This document shows positions 29,451 to 45,200 of a DNA stretch of 64,000 nt, piece after piece. How positions within the stretch are numbered: the stretch's first letter is position 1; every line of letters begins with the position of its first letter. The notes below the pieces were generated by a model. That model had not been told where the DNA came from. It ran no database searches and saw nothing but the letters and a program-made list of their open reading frames with translations. The position numbers were made by a program, and so were the translations under genes. The DNA comes from Eledone cirrhosa (lineage: Eukaryota), in the NCBI GenBank assembly GCA_964016885.1, contig OZ024743.1:129766001-129830000 (forward strand), read 5' to 3'.

Positions 29451-30849
29451 CCAAACACCAAGCACCAAGCACCAAGCACCAAACACCAAGCCCCAAGTAC
29501 CAAACACCAAACACCAAGCACCAAACACCAAGCACCAAGCACCAAGCACCTAGCACCAAACACCAAACACCAAGCACCAAGCACCAAACACCAAGCACCA
29601 ATCACCAAGCACCAAACCCCAAGCAGCAAGCAGCAAGCACCAAACACCAAACTCCAAGCACCAAGCACCAAAGACCAAGCACCAAGCACCAAACACCTAA
29701 CACCTTACACCAAGCACCAAGCACCAAACACCAACCACCAAACACCAAGCACCAGGCACCAAGCACCAAACACCAAGCACCAAGCACCAAACACCAAGCA
29801 CCAAGCACCAAGCACCAAACACCAAACACCAAACACCTAACACCAAGCACCAAGCACCAAACACCAAGCACCAAACACCAAGCACCAAGCACCAAGCACC
29901 AAACACCAAGAACCAAGCACCAAGCACCAAGCACCAAGTACAAACACCAAGCACCAAACACCAAACACCAAGCACCAAGCACCAAGCATCAAACACCAAG
30001 CATCAAAAACCAAACACCAAACACCAAGCACCAAACACCAAGCACCCTGCACCAAACACCAAGCACCAATCACCAAGCACCAAACATGAAGCACCAAGCT
30101 CCAAGCACCAAACACCAAGCACCAAACACCAAACACCAAGCACCATGCACCAAGCACCAAACACAAAACACCAAGCACCAAGCAGCAAACACCAAGCATC
30201 AAACACCAAGCACCAAACACCAAGCACCAAACACCAAGCACCAAGCAGCAAACACCAAACACCAAGCACCAAGCACCAAGCACCAAACACCAAACACCAA
30301 GCACCAAACACCAGACACCAAGCACCAAACACCAAGCACCAAGCACCAAGCACCAAACACCAAACAACAAGCACCAGGTACCAAGCACCAAACACCAAAA
30401 ACCAAGCACAAAGCATCAAACACCAAACCCCAAGCACCAATCACCAAACACTAATCACCAAGCACCAAGCACCAAACACCAAGCACCAAACAGCAAACCC
30501 CAAGCACCAATCACCAAATACTAATCACCAAGCACCAAGCACCAATCACCAAGCACCAAGCAGCAAGCACCAAACACCAAGCACCAAGCACTAAGCACCT
30601 AGCACCAAACACCAAGCACCAAGCACCAAACACCAAACCCCAAGCACCAAAGACCAAGCACCAAGCACCAAGGACCAAACACCAAGCACCAAGCACCAAG
30701 CACCAAACACCAAGCACCAAGCAACAAACACCCAGTACCAGACACCAAGCACCAAACACCAAGCACCAAGCACCAAACACCAAACAACAATCACCAGGTA
30801 CCAAGCACCAAAGACCAAAAACCAAGCACCAAGCACCAAACACCAAGCA

Positions 30850-33800
30850 CCAAGCACCAAACGCCAAACACCAAGCACCAAGCACCAAGCACCAAACACC
30901 AAGCACCAAGCACCTAGCACCAAACACCAAACACCAAGCACCAAGCAGCAAACACCAAGCACCAATCACCAAGCACCAAACACCAAGCAGCAAGCAGCAA
31001 GCACCAAACACCAAACACCAAGAACCAAGCACCAAACACCAAGCACCAAGGACCAAACATCATACACCAAGCACCAAGCACCAAACACCTAACACCAAGC
31101 ACCAAGCACCAAGCACCAAGCACTGAACACCAAGCACCAAACACCAAGCACCAAACACCAAGCACCAAGCACCAAACACCAAGCACCAAACACCAAGCAC
31201 CAAGCACCAAGCACCAAACACCAAGCACCAGGCACCAAGCACCAAACACCAAGCACCATGGACCAAGCTCCAAGCCCCAAACACTTAACACCAAGCACCA
31301 AGCACCAAACACCAAGCACCAAGCACCAATCACCAAACACCAAGAACCAAGCACCAAACACCAAGCACCAAGGACCAAGCACCAGGCACCAAGCACCAAG
31401 CACCAAACACAAAACACCAAGCACCAAACACAAAACACCAAGCACCAAGCACCAAGCAGCAAACACCAAGCATCAAACACCAAACACCAAACACCAAGCA
31501 CCAAACACCAAGCACCAAGCAGCAAACACCAAACACCAAGCACCAAGCACCAAGCACCAAACACCAAACACCAAGCACCAAACACCAGACACCAAGCACC
31601 AAACACCAAGCACCAAGCACCAAGCACCAAACACCAAACAACAAGCACCAGGTACCAAGCACCAAACACCAAAAAACCAAGCACCAAACACCAAACACCA
31701 AGCACCAAACACCAGACACCAAGCACCAAACACCAAGCACCAAGCACCAAGCACCAAACACCAAACAACAAGCACCAGGTACCAAGCACCAAACACCAAA
31801 AAACCAAGCACCAAGCATCAAACACCAAACCCCAAGCACCAATCACCAAACACCAATCACCAAGCACCAAGCACCAAACACCAAGCACCAAACAGCAAAC
31901 CCCAAGCACCAATCACCAAACACTAATCACCAAGCACCAAGCACCAATCACCAAGCACCAAGCAGCAAGCACCAAACACCAAGCACCAAGCACTAAGCAC
32001 CAAGCACCAAACACCAAGCACCAAGCACCAAACACCAAACCCCAAGCACCAAAGACCAAGCACCAAGCACCAAGGACCAAACACCAAGCACCAAGCACCA
32101 AGCACCAAACACCAAGCACCAAGCACCAAACACCCAGCACCAAGCACCAAGCACCAAACACCAAGCACCAAGCACCAAACACCAAACACCAAACACCAAG
32201 CACCAAGCACCAAACAGCAAGCACCAAACACCAAACACAAAACAGCAAACATCAAACAGCAAACACCAAACACCAAACAGTAAACAGCAAACGCCAAACA
32301 CCAAGCACGAAGCACCAAGCACCAAACACCAAGCACCAAGCACCAAGCACAAAACACCAAACACCAAGCACCAAGGACCAAACATCAAACACCAAGCACC
32401 AAGCACCTAGCACAAAGCACCGAACACCAGGCACCAAACACCAAGCACCAAACACCAAACACCAAACACCAGCACCAAGCACCAAACACCAAGCACCAAG
32501 CACCAAACACCAAACACCAAGCACCAAGTACCAAACACCAAGCACTAAACACCAAACACCAAGCACCAAGCACCAATCACCAAACACCAAGAACCAAGCA
32601 CCAAACACCAAGCACCAAGCACCAAGTACATACACCAAGAACCAAACACCAAACACAAAACACCAAGCACCAAGCAACAAGTATCAAACACCAAGCATCA
32701 AACACCAAACACCAAACACCAAACACCAAGCACCAAGCACCAAGCACCAAGCACAATCATCAAGCACCCAGCACCAAACACCAAGCACCAAGCACCAAGC
32801 ACCAAACACCAAGCACCAAACACCAAACACCAAGCACCAAACACCAAACACCAAGCACCAAGCCCCAAAACCCAAACACCAAGCACCAAGCACCAAACAC
32901 CAAACACCAAACACCAGAAACCAAGCACCAAACACCAAACACTAAGCACCAAGCACCAAACAGCAAATCCCAAGCACCAAGCACCAAACATTAATCACCA
33001 AGCACCACACAACAAGCACCAAGCACCAAGAACCAGGCACCAAGCACCAAGCACCAAACACAAAACACCAAGCACCAAGCACCAAACACCAAACACCAAA
33101 CACCAAGCACCAGACACCAAGCACCAAGCACCAATCACCAAACAACAAGCACCAAGCACCAAACACCAAACACCAAGCACCAAGCACCAAACACCAAACA
33201 CCAAGCACCAAGCACCAAACACCAAACACCAAGCACCAAGCACCAAACACCAATCACCAAAGACCAAAGACCAAACAGGAAACACCAAACACCAAACACC
33301 AAACAGGAAACACCAAACACGAAACAGCAAACACCATACAGAAAACACCAAACACCAAAAAGCAGACAGCAAACAGCAAACACCAAACACCAAACACCAA
33401 GTACCAAGCACCAAACACCAAGCACCAAGCACCAAACACCAAACACCAAGCACCAAACACCAAGCACCAAGCACCAAGCGACAAACACCAAGCACCAAGC
33501 ACCAAGCACCAAACGCCAACCACCCAGCACCAAGCACCAAGCACCAAACACCAAACACCAAACACCAAGCACCAAGCACCAAACACCAAGCCCCAAGTAC
33601 CAAGCACCAAACACCAAGCACCAAACACCAGGCACCAAGCACCAAGCACCAAACACGAAGCACCAATCACCAAGCACCAAACACCAAGCACCATGCACCA
33701 AACACCAAGCACCAAATACCAAACACCAAGCACCAAACACCAATCACCAAGCACCTAGCACCAAACACCAAACACCAAGCACCAAGCACCAAACACCAAG

Positions 33801-36200
33801 CACCAATCACCAAGCACCAAACACCAAGCACCATGCACCAAACACCAAGCACCAAATACCAAACACGAAACACCAAGCACCAAGCATCAAACACCAAGCA
33901 CCAAGCACCAAACACCAAGCACCAAATACCAAACACCAAGCACCAAGCACGAAGCACCAAACACCAAGCACCAGGCACCAAGCACCAAACACCAAGCACC
34001 AAGCACCAAACACCAAGCACCAAGCACCAAGCACAAAACACCAAACACCAAGCACCAAACACCTAACACCAAGCACCAAGCACCAAACACCAAGCAGCAA
34101 ACACCAAACACCAAGCACCAAACACCAAGCACCAAACACCTAACACCAAGCACCAAGCACCAAGCACCAAACACCAAGCAGCAAACACCAAACACCAAGC
34201 ACCAAACACCAAGCAGCAAACACCAAACACCAAGCACCAAACACCAAGCACCAAGCACCAAGCACCAAGCACCAAGCACCAAGCACCAAACACGAAGCAC
34301 CAAACACCAAGCACCAAGCACCAAGCACCAAACACGAAGCACCAAGCTCCAAGCACCAAACACCAAGCTCCAAACACCAAACACCAAGAACAATGCACCA
34401 AACACCAAGCACTAAACACCAAACACCAAACACCAAACACCAAGCAACAAGCACCAAACAACAAGCACCAGGCACCAAACACCAAGCACCAAGCACCAAA
34501 CGCCAAGCACCAAACACCAAGCACCAAGCACCAAGCACTAAACACCAAACGGCAAACACCAAACACCAAACAGCAAAAGGCAAACACCAAACAACAAGCA
34601 CCAATCACCAAACAACAAGCACCAGGCACCAAGCACTAAACACCAAACAGCAAGCACCAAGCACCAATCACCAAACACCAAGCACCAAGCATCGAACACC
34701 AAGCACCAAGCACCAAGCATCAAACACCAAACACCAAAGACCAAACACCAAATAGCAAAGACCAAACACGAAACAGCAAACACCATACAGCAAACACCAA
34801 ACACCAAACAGCAAACAGCAAACACCAAACACCAAGCACCAAACACCAAGTACCAAGCACCAAACACCAAGCACCAAGCACCAAACACCAAACCCCAAGC
34901 ACCAAGCACCAAACACTAATCACCAAGCACCAAGCACCAAGCACCAAATACCAAGCACCAAGCACCAAGCACCAAACACCAAACACCAAGCATGCAGCAC
35001 CAAACACCAAGCACCAAGCACCAAGCACCAAACACCAAGCACCAAGCACCAAACACCAAACACCGAACACCAAGCACCAAGCACCAAGCACCAAACACCA
35101 AACACCAAACACCAAGCACCAGACACCAAGCACCAAACACCAAACACCAAACACCAAGCGCCAAGCACCAATCACCAAACAACAAGCACCAAGCACCAAG
35201 CACCAAACACCAAGCACCAAAGACCAAAGACCAAACAGGAAACACCAAACACCAAACACCAAACACCAAACAGCAAACACCAAACACCAAACAGCAAACA
35301 CCATACAGCAAACACCAAACACCAAAAAGCAGACAGCAAACAGCAAACACCAAACACCAAACACCAAACAGCAAACACCAAGCACCAAACACCAAGCACC
35401 AAGCACTGAACACCAAACCCCAAGCACCAAGCACCAAACACTAATCACCAAGCACCAAGCACCAAACACCAAGCACCAACCACCAAACACCAAGCACCAA
35501 TCACTAAACGCCAACCACCCAGCACCAAGCACCAAGGACCAAACACCAAGCACCAAAAACCAAACACCAAGCACCAGGCACCAAGCACCAAGCACCAAAC
35601 ACCAAGCCCCAAGCACCAAGCACCAAGCACCAAACACCAAGCACCAAACACCAAGCACCAATCACCAAACGCCAACCACCCAGCACCAAGCACCAAGCAC
35701 CAAACACCAAACACCAAACACCAAGAACCAAGCACCAAGCACCAAACACCAAGCCCCAAGTACCAAGCACCAAACACCAAGCACCAAACACCAAGCACCA
35801 AGCACCAAGCACCTAGCACCAAACACCAAACACCAAGCACCAAGCACCAAACAACAAGCACCAATCACCAAGCACCAAACCTCAAGCAGCAAGCAGCAAG
35901 CACCAAACACCAAACACCAAGCACCAAGCACCAAACACCAAGCACCAAGCACCAAACACCTAACACCTTACACCAAGCACCAAGCACCAAACACCAAGCA
36001 ACAAGCACCAAACACCAAGCACCAAGCACCAAGCACCAAACACCAAACACCAAACACCAAGCACCAAGCACCAAACACCACGCACCAAACACCAAGCACC
36101 AAGCACCAAGCACCAAACACCAAGAACCAAGCACCAAGCACCAAACACCAAGTACAAACACCATGCACCAAGCACCAAACACCAAACACCAAGCACCAAG
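30850..36200 (+). repeat. Diverged long-range copy of about 2560-8100 (offset ~28.05-28.38 kb)
   Basis: 2624/30914, 2770/31060 and CCATGG 2966/31256 (28290). 4308/32684, 4384/32760 (28376). 5753/33807 (28054). 6616/34720, 6888/34992, 7341/35445, 7761/35865 (28104). Private motifs CACAATCATCAAG and CATTAATCACCAAGCACCACAC were seen only in these two places. Confidence 0.88.
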
Positions 36201-39200
36201 CACCAAGCATCAAACACCAAGCATCAAAAACCAAACACCAAACACAAAGCACCAAACACCAAGCACCCTGCACCAAACACCAAGCACCAATCACCAAGCA
36301 CCAAACACGAAGCACCAAGCTCCAAGCACCAAACACCAAGCACCAAACACCAAACACCAAGCACCATGCACCAAGCACCAAACATCAAACACCAAGCACC
36401 AAGCACCAAACACCAAACACCAAGCACTAAACACCAAGCACCAAGCACCAAACAACAAGCACCAGGCACCAAACACCAAGCACCAAGCACCAAACGCCAA
36501 GCACCAAACACCAAGCACCAAGCACCAAGCACCAAACACCAAACGGCAAACACCAAACAACAAACGCCAAGCACCAAACACCAAGCACCAATCACAAAAC
36601 AACAAGCACCAGGCACCAAGCACTAAACACCAAAAACCAAGCACCAAGCACCAAACACCAAGCACCAAAGACCAAACACCAAACAGCAAACACGAAACAC
36701 GAAACAGCAAACACCATACAGCAAACACCAAACACCAAAAAGTAGACACCAAACAGCAAAAACCAAACACCAAACACCAAGCACCAAGCACCAAACACCA
36801 AGCACCAAAGACTAAACACCAAACAGCAAAGACCAAACACGAAACAGCAAACACCATACAGCAAACACCAAACACCAAACAACAAACAGCAAACAGCAAA
36901 CACCAAACACCAAGCACCAAACACCAAGTACCAAACACCAAACACCAAGCGCCAAGCACCAAACACCAAGCACCAAGCACCAAACTCTAATCACCAAGCA
37001 CCAAGCACCAAGCACCAAATACCAAGCACCAAGCACCAAGAACCAAACAGCAAACACCAAACACCAAGCACCAAACACCAAGTACCAAACACCAAACACC
37101 AAGCACAAAGCACCAAACACCAAACTCCAAGCACCAAGCACCAAACACTAATCACCAAGCACCAAGCACCAGGCACCAAATACCAAGCACCAAGCACCAA
37201 GAACCATCACACCAAACACCAAGCATGCAGCACCAAACACCAACCACCAAGCACCAAGCACCAAAGACCAAGCACCAAGCACCAAGCACCAAAGACCAAG
37301 CACCAAGCACCAAACACCAAACACCAAACACCAAGCACCAAGCACCAAACACCAAACACCAAGCACCAAACACCAAACACCAAGCACCAAACACCAAGCA
37401 CCAAGCACCAAACGCCAACCACCCAGCACCAAGCACCAAGCACCAAACACCAAGCAGCAAACACCAAACAGCAAACACCAAACACCAAACAGCAAACACC
37501 AAACACCAAGCATCAAACACCAAGCACCAATCCCCAAACACCAAGCACCAAGCACCAAGCACCAAACACCAAGCCCCAAGCACCAAGCACCAAGCACCAA
37601 ACACCAAGCACCAAGCACCAAACACCAAGCACCAAGCACCAAACGCCAACCACCCAGCACCAAGCACCAAGCACCAAACACCAAACACCAAACACCAAAC
37701 ACCAAGCACCAAGCACCAAACACCAAGCCCCAAGTACCAGGCACCAAACACCGAGCACCAAACACCAAGCACCAAGCACCTAGCACCAAACACCAAACAC
37801 AAGCACCAAGCACCAAGCACCAATCACCAAGCACCAAACACCAAGCACCAAGCACCAAACACCAAGCACCAAATACCAAACACCAAACACCAAGCACCAA
37901 GCACCAAACACCAAGCACCAAGCACCAAACACCAAGCACCAAACACCAAACACCAAGGACCAAGCACCAAACACCAAGCACCAGGCACCAAGCACCAAAC
38001 ACCAAGCACCAAGCACCAAACACCAAGCACCAAGCACGAAGCACCAAACACCAAGCACCATCACCTAACACCAAGCACCAAGCAACAAGCACCAAACACC
38101 AAGCAGCAAACACCAAACACCAAGCACCAAACACCAAGCACCAAGCACCAAGCACCAAGCACCAAAAACCAAACACCAAGCACCAAGCACCAAGCATCAA
38201 ACACCAAGCATCAAAAACCAAACACCAAGCACCAAACACCAAGCTCCAAACACCAAACACCAAGAACAATGCACCAAACACCAAGCACTAAACACCAAAC
38301 ACCAAACACCAAACACAAAGCAACAAGCACCAAACAACAAGCACCAGGCACCAAACACCAAGCACCAAGCACCAAGCACCAAACACCAAACGGCAAACAC
38401 CAAACACCAAACAGCAAACAGCAAACACCAAAAACCAAGCACCAATCACCAAACAACAAGCACCAGGCACCAAGCACTAAACACCAAACAGCAAGCACCA
38501 AGCACCAAACACCAAACACCAAGCACCAAGCACCAAACACCAAGCACCAAAGACCAAACACCAAACAGCAAAGACCAAACACGAAACAGCAAACACCATA
38601 CAGCAAACACCAAGCACCAAGCACCAAACACCAAACTCCAAGCACCAAGCACCAAACACTAATCACCAAGCACCAAGCACCAGGCACCAAATACCAAGCA
38701 CCAAGCACCAAGAACCATCACACCAAACACCAAGCATGCAGCACCAAACACCAACCACCAAGCACCAAGCACCAAAGACCAAGCACCAAGCACCAAGCAC
38801 CAAAGACCAAGCACCAAGCACCAAACACCAAACACCAAACACCAAGCACCAAGCACCAAACACCAAACACCAAGCACCAAACACCAAACACCAAGCACCA
38901 AACACCAAGCACCAAGCACCAAACGCCAACCACCCAGCACCAAGCACCAAGCACCAAACACCAAGCAGCAAACACCAAACAGCAAACACCAAACACCAAA
39001 CAGCAAACACCAAACACCAAGCACCAAGCATCAAACACCAAGCACCAATCCCCAAACACCAAGCACCAAGCACCAAGCACCAAACACCAAGCCCCAAGCA
39101 CCAAGCACCAAGCACCAAACACCAAGCACCAAGCACCAAACACCAAGCACCAAGCACCAAACGCCAACCACCCAGCACCAAGCACCAAGCACCAAACACC

Positions 39201-42200
39201 AAACACCAAACACCAAACACCAAGCACCAAGCACCAAACACCAAGCCCCAAGTACCTAGCACCAAACACCGAGCACCAAACACCAAGCACCAAGCACCTA
39301 GCACCAAACACCAAACACCAAGCACCAAGCACCAAGCACCAATCACCAAGCACCAAACACCAAGCACCAAGCACCAAACACCAAGCACCAAATACCAAAC
39401 ACCAAACACCAAGCACCAAGCACCAAACACCAAGCACCAAGCACCAAACACCAAGCACCAAACACCAAACACCAAGCACCAAGCACCAAACACCAAGCAC
39501 CAGGCACCAAGCACCAAACACCAAGCACCAAGCACCAAACACCAAGCACCAAGCACGAAGCACCAAACACCAAGCACCATCACCTAACACCAAGCACCAA
39601 GCTACAAGCACCAAACACCAAGCAGCAAACACCAAACACCAAGCACCAAACACCAAGCACCAAGCACCAAGCACCAAGCACCAAAAACCAAACACCAAGC
39701 ACCAAGCACCAAGCATCAAACACCAAGCATCAAAAACCAAACACCAAGCACCAAACACCAAGCTCCAAACACCAAACACCAAGAACAATGCACCAAACAC
39801 CAAGCACTAAACACCAAACACCAAACACCAAACACCAAGCAACGAGCACCAAACAACAAGCACCAGGCACCAAACACCAAGCACCAAGCACCAAGCACCA
39901 AACACCAAACGGCAAACACCAAACACCAAACAGCAAACAGCAAACACCAAAAACCAAGCACCAATCACCAAACAACAAGCACCAGGCACCAAGCACTAAA
40001 CACCAAACAGCAAGCACCAAGCACCAAACACCAAACACCAAGCACCAAGCACCAAACACCAAGCACCAAAGACCAAACACCAAACAGCAAAGACCAAACA
40101 CGAAACAGCAAACACCATACAGCAAACACCAAACACCAAACACCAAACATCAAACAGCAAACACCAAACACCAAGCACCAAACACCAAGTACCAAGCACC
40201 AAACACCAAGCACCAAGCACCAAACACCAAACCCCAAGCACCAAGCACCAAACACTAATCACCAAGCACCAAGCACCAAGCACCAAATACCAAGCACCAA
40301 GCACCAAACACAAAACACCAAGCATGCAGCACCAAACACCAAGCACCAAGCACCAAGCACCAAACACCAAGCACCAAGCACCAAACACCAAACACCAAAC
40401 ACCAAGCACCAAGCACCAAGCACCAAACACCAAACACCAAGCACCAGACACCAAGCACCAAACACCAAACACCAAACACCAAGCACCAAGCACCAATCAC
40501 CAAACAACAAGCACCAAGCACCAAGCACCAAACACTAAGCACCAAAGACCAAAGACCAAACAGGAAACACCAAACACCAAACACCAAACACGAAACAGCA
40601 AACACCATACAGCAAACACCAAACACCAAAAAGCAGACAGCAAACAGCAAACACCAAACACCAAACACCAAACAGCAAACACCAAGCACCAAACACCAAG
40701 CACCAAGCACCGACACCAAACCCCAAGCACCAAGCACCAAACACGAAGCACCAAACACCAAGCACCAATCACCAAACGCCAACCACCCAGCACCAAGCAC
40801 CAAGCACCAAACACCAAACACCAAACACCAAGAACCAAGCACCAAGCACCAAACACCAAGCCCCAAGTACCAAGCACCAAACACCAAGCACCAAACACCA
40901 AGCACCAAGCACCAAGCACCTAGCACCAAACACCAAACACCAAGCACCAAGCACCAAACAACAAGCACCAATCACCAAGCACCAAACCTCAAGCAGCAAG
41001 CAGCAAGCACCAAACACCAAACACCAAGCACCAAGCACCAAACACCAAGCACCAAGCACCAAACACCTAACACCTTACACCAAGCACCAAGCACCAAACA
41101 CCAAGCACCAAGCACCAAACACCAAGCACCAAGCACCAAGCACCAAACACCAAACACCAAACACCAAGCACCAAGCACCAAACACCAAGCACCAAACACC
41201 AAGCACCAAGCACCAAGCACCAAACACCAAGAACCAAGCACCAAGCACCAAACACCAAGTACAAACACCATGCACCAAGCACCAAACACCAAACACCAAG
41301 CACCAAGCACCAAGCATCAAACACCAAGCATCAAAAACCAAACACCAAACACAAAGCACCAAACACCAAGCACCCTGCACCAAACACCAAGCACCAATCA
41401 CCAAGCACCAAACACGAAGCACCAAGCTCCAAGCACCAAACACCAAGCACCAAACACCAAACACCAAGCACCATGCACCAAGCACCAAACATCAAACACC
41501 AAGCACCAAGCACCAAACACCAAACACCAAGCACTAAACACCAAGCACCAAGCACCAAACAACAAGCACCAGGCACCAAACACCAAGCACCAAGCACCAA
41601 ACGCCAAGCACCAAACACCAAGCACCAAGCACCAAGCACCAAACACCAAACGGCAAACACCAAACAACAAACGCCAAGCACCAAACACCAAGCACCAATC
41701 ACAAAACAACAAGCACCAGGCACCAAGCACTAAACACCAAAAACCAAGCACCAAGCACCAAACACCAAGCACCAAAGACCAAACACCAAACAGCAAACAC
41801 GAAACACGAAACAGCAAACACCATACAGCAAACACCAAACACCAAAAAGTAGACACCAAACAGCAAAAACCAAACACCAAACACCAAGCACCAAGCACCA
41901 AACACCAAGCACCAAAGACTAAACACCAAACAGCAAAGACCAAACACGAAACAGCAAACACCATACAGCAAACACCAAACACCAAACAACAAACAGCAAA
42001 CAGCAAACACCAAACACCAAGCACCAAACACCAAGTACCAAACACCAAACACCAAGCGCCAAGCACCAAACACCAAGCACCAAGCACCAAACTCTAATCA
42101 CCAAGCACCAAGCACCAAGCACCAAATACCAAGCACCAAGCACCAAGAACCAAACAGCAAACACCAAACACCAAGCACCAAACACCAAGTACCAAACACC

Positions 42201-45200
42201 AAACACCAAGCACCAAGCACCAAACACCAAACTCCAAGCACCAAGCACCAAACACTAATCACCAAGCACCAAGCACCAGGCACCAAATACCAAGCACCAA
42301 GCACCAAGAACCATCACACCAAACACCAAGCATGCAGCACCAAACACCAACCACCAAGCACCAAGCACCAAAGACCAAGCACCAAGCACCAAGCACCAAA
42401 GACCAAGCACCAAGCACCAAACACCAAACACCAAACACCAAGCACCAAGCACCAAACACCAAACACCAAGCACCAAACACCAAACACCAAGCACCAAACA
42501 CCAAGCACCAAGCACCAAACGCCAACCACCCAGCACCAAGCACCAAGCACCAAACACCAAGCAGCAAACACCAAACAGCAAACACCAAACACCAAACAGC
42601 AAACACCAAACACCAAGCACCAAGCATCAAACACCAAGCACCAATCCCCAAACACCAAGCACCAAGCACCAAGCACCAAACACCAAGCCCCAAGCACCAA
42701 GCACCAAGCACCAAACACCAAGCACCAAGCACCAAACACCAAGCACCAAGCACCAAACGCCAACCACCCAGCACCAAGCACCAAGCACCAAACACCAAAC
42801 ACCAAACACCAAACACCAAGCACCAAGCACCAAACACCAAGCCCCAAGTACCAAGCACCAAACACCGAGCACCAAACACCAAGCACCAAGCACCTAGCAC
42901 CAAACACCAAACACAAGCACCAAGCACCAAGCACCAATCACTAAGCACCAAACACCAAGCACCAAGCACCAAACACCAAGCACCAAATACCAAACACCAA
43001 ACACCAAGCACCAAGCACCAAACACCAAGCACCAAGCACCAAGCACCAAACACCAAGCACCAGGCACCAAGCACCAAACACCAAGCACCAAGCACCAAAC
43101 ACCAAGCACCAAGCACGAAGCACCAAACACCAAGCACCATCACCTAACACCAAGCACCAAGCAACAAGCACCAAACACCAAGCAGCAAACACCAAACACC
43201 AAGCACCAAACACCAAGCACCAAGCACCAAGCACCAAGCACCAAAAACCAAACACCAAGCACCAAGCACCAAGCATCAAACACCAAGCATCAAAAACCAA
43301 ACACCAAGCACCAAACACCAAGCTCCAAACACCAAACACCAAGAACAATGCACCAAACACCAAGCACTAAACACCAAACACCAAACACCAAACACAAAGC
43401 AACAAGCACCAAACAACAAGCACCAGGCACCAAACACCAAGCACCAAGCACCAAGCACCAAACACCAAACGGCAAACACCAAACACCAAACAGCAAACAG
43501 CAAACACCAAAAACCAAGCACCAATCACCAAACAACAAGCACCAGGCACCAAGCACTAAACACCAAACAGCAAGCACCAAGCACCAAACACCAAACACCA
43601 AGCACCAAGCACCAAACACCAAGCACCAAAGACCAAACACCAAACAGCAAAGACCAAACACGCAACAGCAAACACCATACAGCAAACACCAAGCACCAAG
43701 CACCAAACACCAAACTCCAAGCACCAAGCACCAAACACTAATCACCAAGCACCAAGCACCAGGCACCAAATACCAAGCACCAAGCACCAAGAACCATCAC
43801 ACCAAACACCAAGCATGCAGCACCAAACACCAACCACCAAGCACCAAGCACCAAAGACCAAGCACCAAGCACCAAGCACCAAAGACCAAGCACCAAGCAC
43901 CAAACACCAAACACCAAACACCAAGCACCAAGCACCAAACACCAAACACCAAGCACCAAACACCAAACACCAAGCACCAAACACCAAGCACCAAGCACCA
44001 AACGCCAACCACCCAGCACCAAGCACCAAGCACCAAACACCAAGCAGCAAACACCAAACAGCAAACACCAAACACCAAACAGCAAACACCAAACACCAAG
44101 CACCAAGCATCAAACACCAAGCACCAATCCCCAAACACCAAGCACCAAGCACCAAGCACCAAACACCAAGCCCCAAGCACCAAGCACCAAGCACCAAACA
44201 CCAAGCACCAAGCACCAAACACCAAGCACCAAGCACCAAACGCCAACCACCCAGCACCAAGCACCAAGCACCAAACACCAAACACCAAACACCAAACACC
44301 AAGCACCAAGCACCAAACACCAAGCCCCAAGTACCAAGCACCAAACACCGAGCACCAAACACCAAGCACCAAGCACCTAGCACCAAACACCAAACACCAA
44401 GCACCAAGCACCAAGCACCAATCACCAAGCACCAAACACCAAGCACCAAGCACCAAACACCAAGCACCAAATACCAAACACCAAACACCAAGCACCAAGC
44501 ACCAAACACCAAGCACCAAGCACCAAACACCAAGCACCAAACACCAAACACCAAGCACCAAGCACCAAACACCAAGCACCAGGCACCAAGCACCAAACAC
44601 CAAGCACCAAGCACCAAACACCAAGCACCAAGCACGAAGCACCAAACACCAAGCACCATCACCTAACACCAAGCACCAAGCAACAAGCACCAAACACCAA
44701 GCAGCAAACACCAAACACCAAGCACCAAACACCAAGCACCAAGCACCAAGCACCAAGCACCAAAAACCAAACACCAAGCACCAAGCACCAAGCATCAAAC
44801 ACCAAGCATCAAAAACCAAACACCAAGCACCAAACACCAAGCTCCAAACACCAAACACCAAGAACAATGCACCAAACACCAAGCACTAAACACCAAACAC
44901 CAAACACCAAACACCAAGCAACAAGCACCAAACAACAAGCACCAGGCACCAAACACCAAGCACCAAGCACCAAGCACCAAACACCAAACAGCAAACACCA
45001 AACACCAAACAGCAAACAGCAAACACCAAAAACCAAGCACCAATCACCAAACAACAAGCACCAGGCACCAAGCACTAAACACCAAACAGCAAGCACCAAG
45101 CACCAAACACCAAACACCAAGCACCAAGCACCAAACACCAAGCACCAAAGACCAAACACCAAACAGCAAAGACCAAACACGAAACAGCAAACACCATACA

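Noticed and set aside
31540-31810. 127-bp local duplication with A6 runs (31671, 31798) as a special element
   Set aside because: It is explained as an ordinary 18-monomer duplication carrying a 1-bp homopolymer insertion, possibly a consensus error. There is no sign of separate function.
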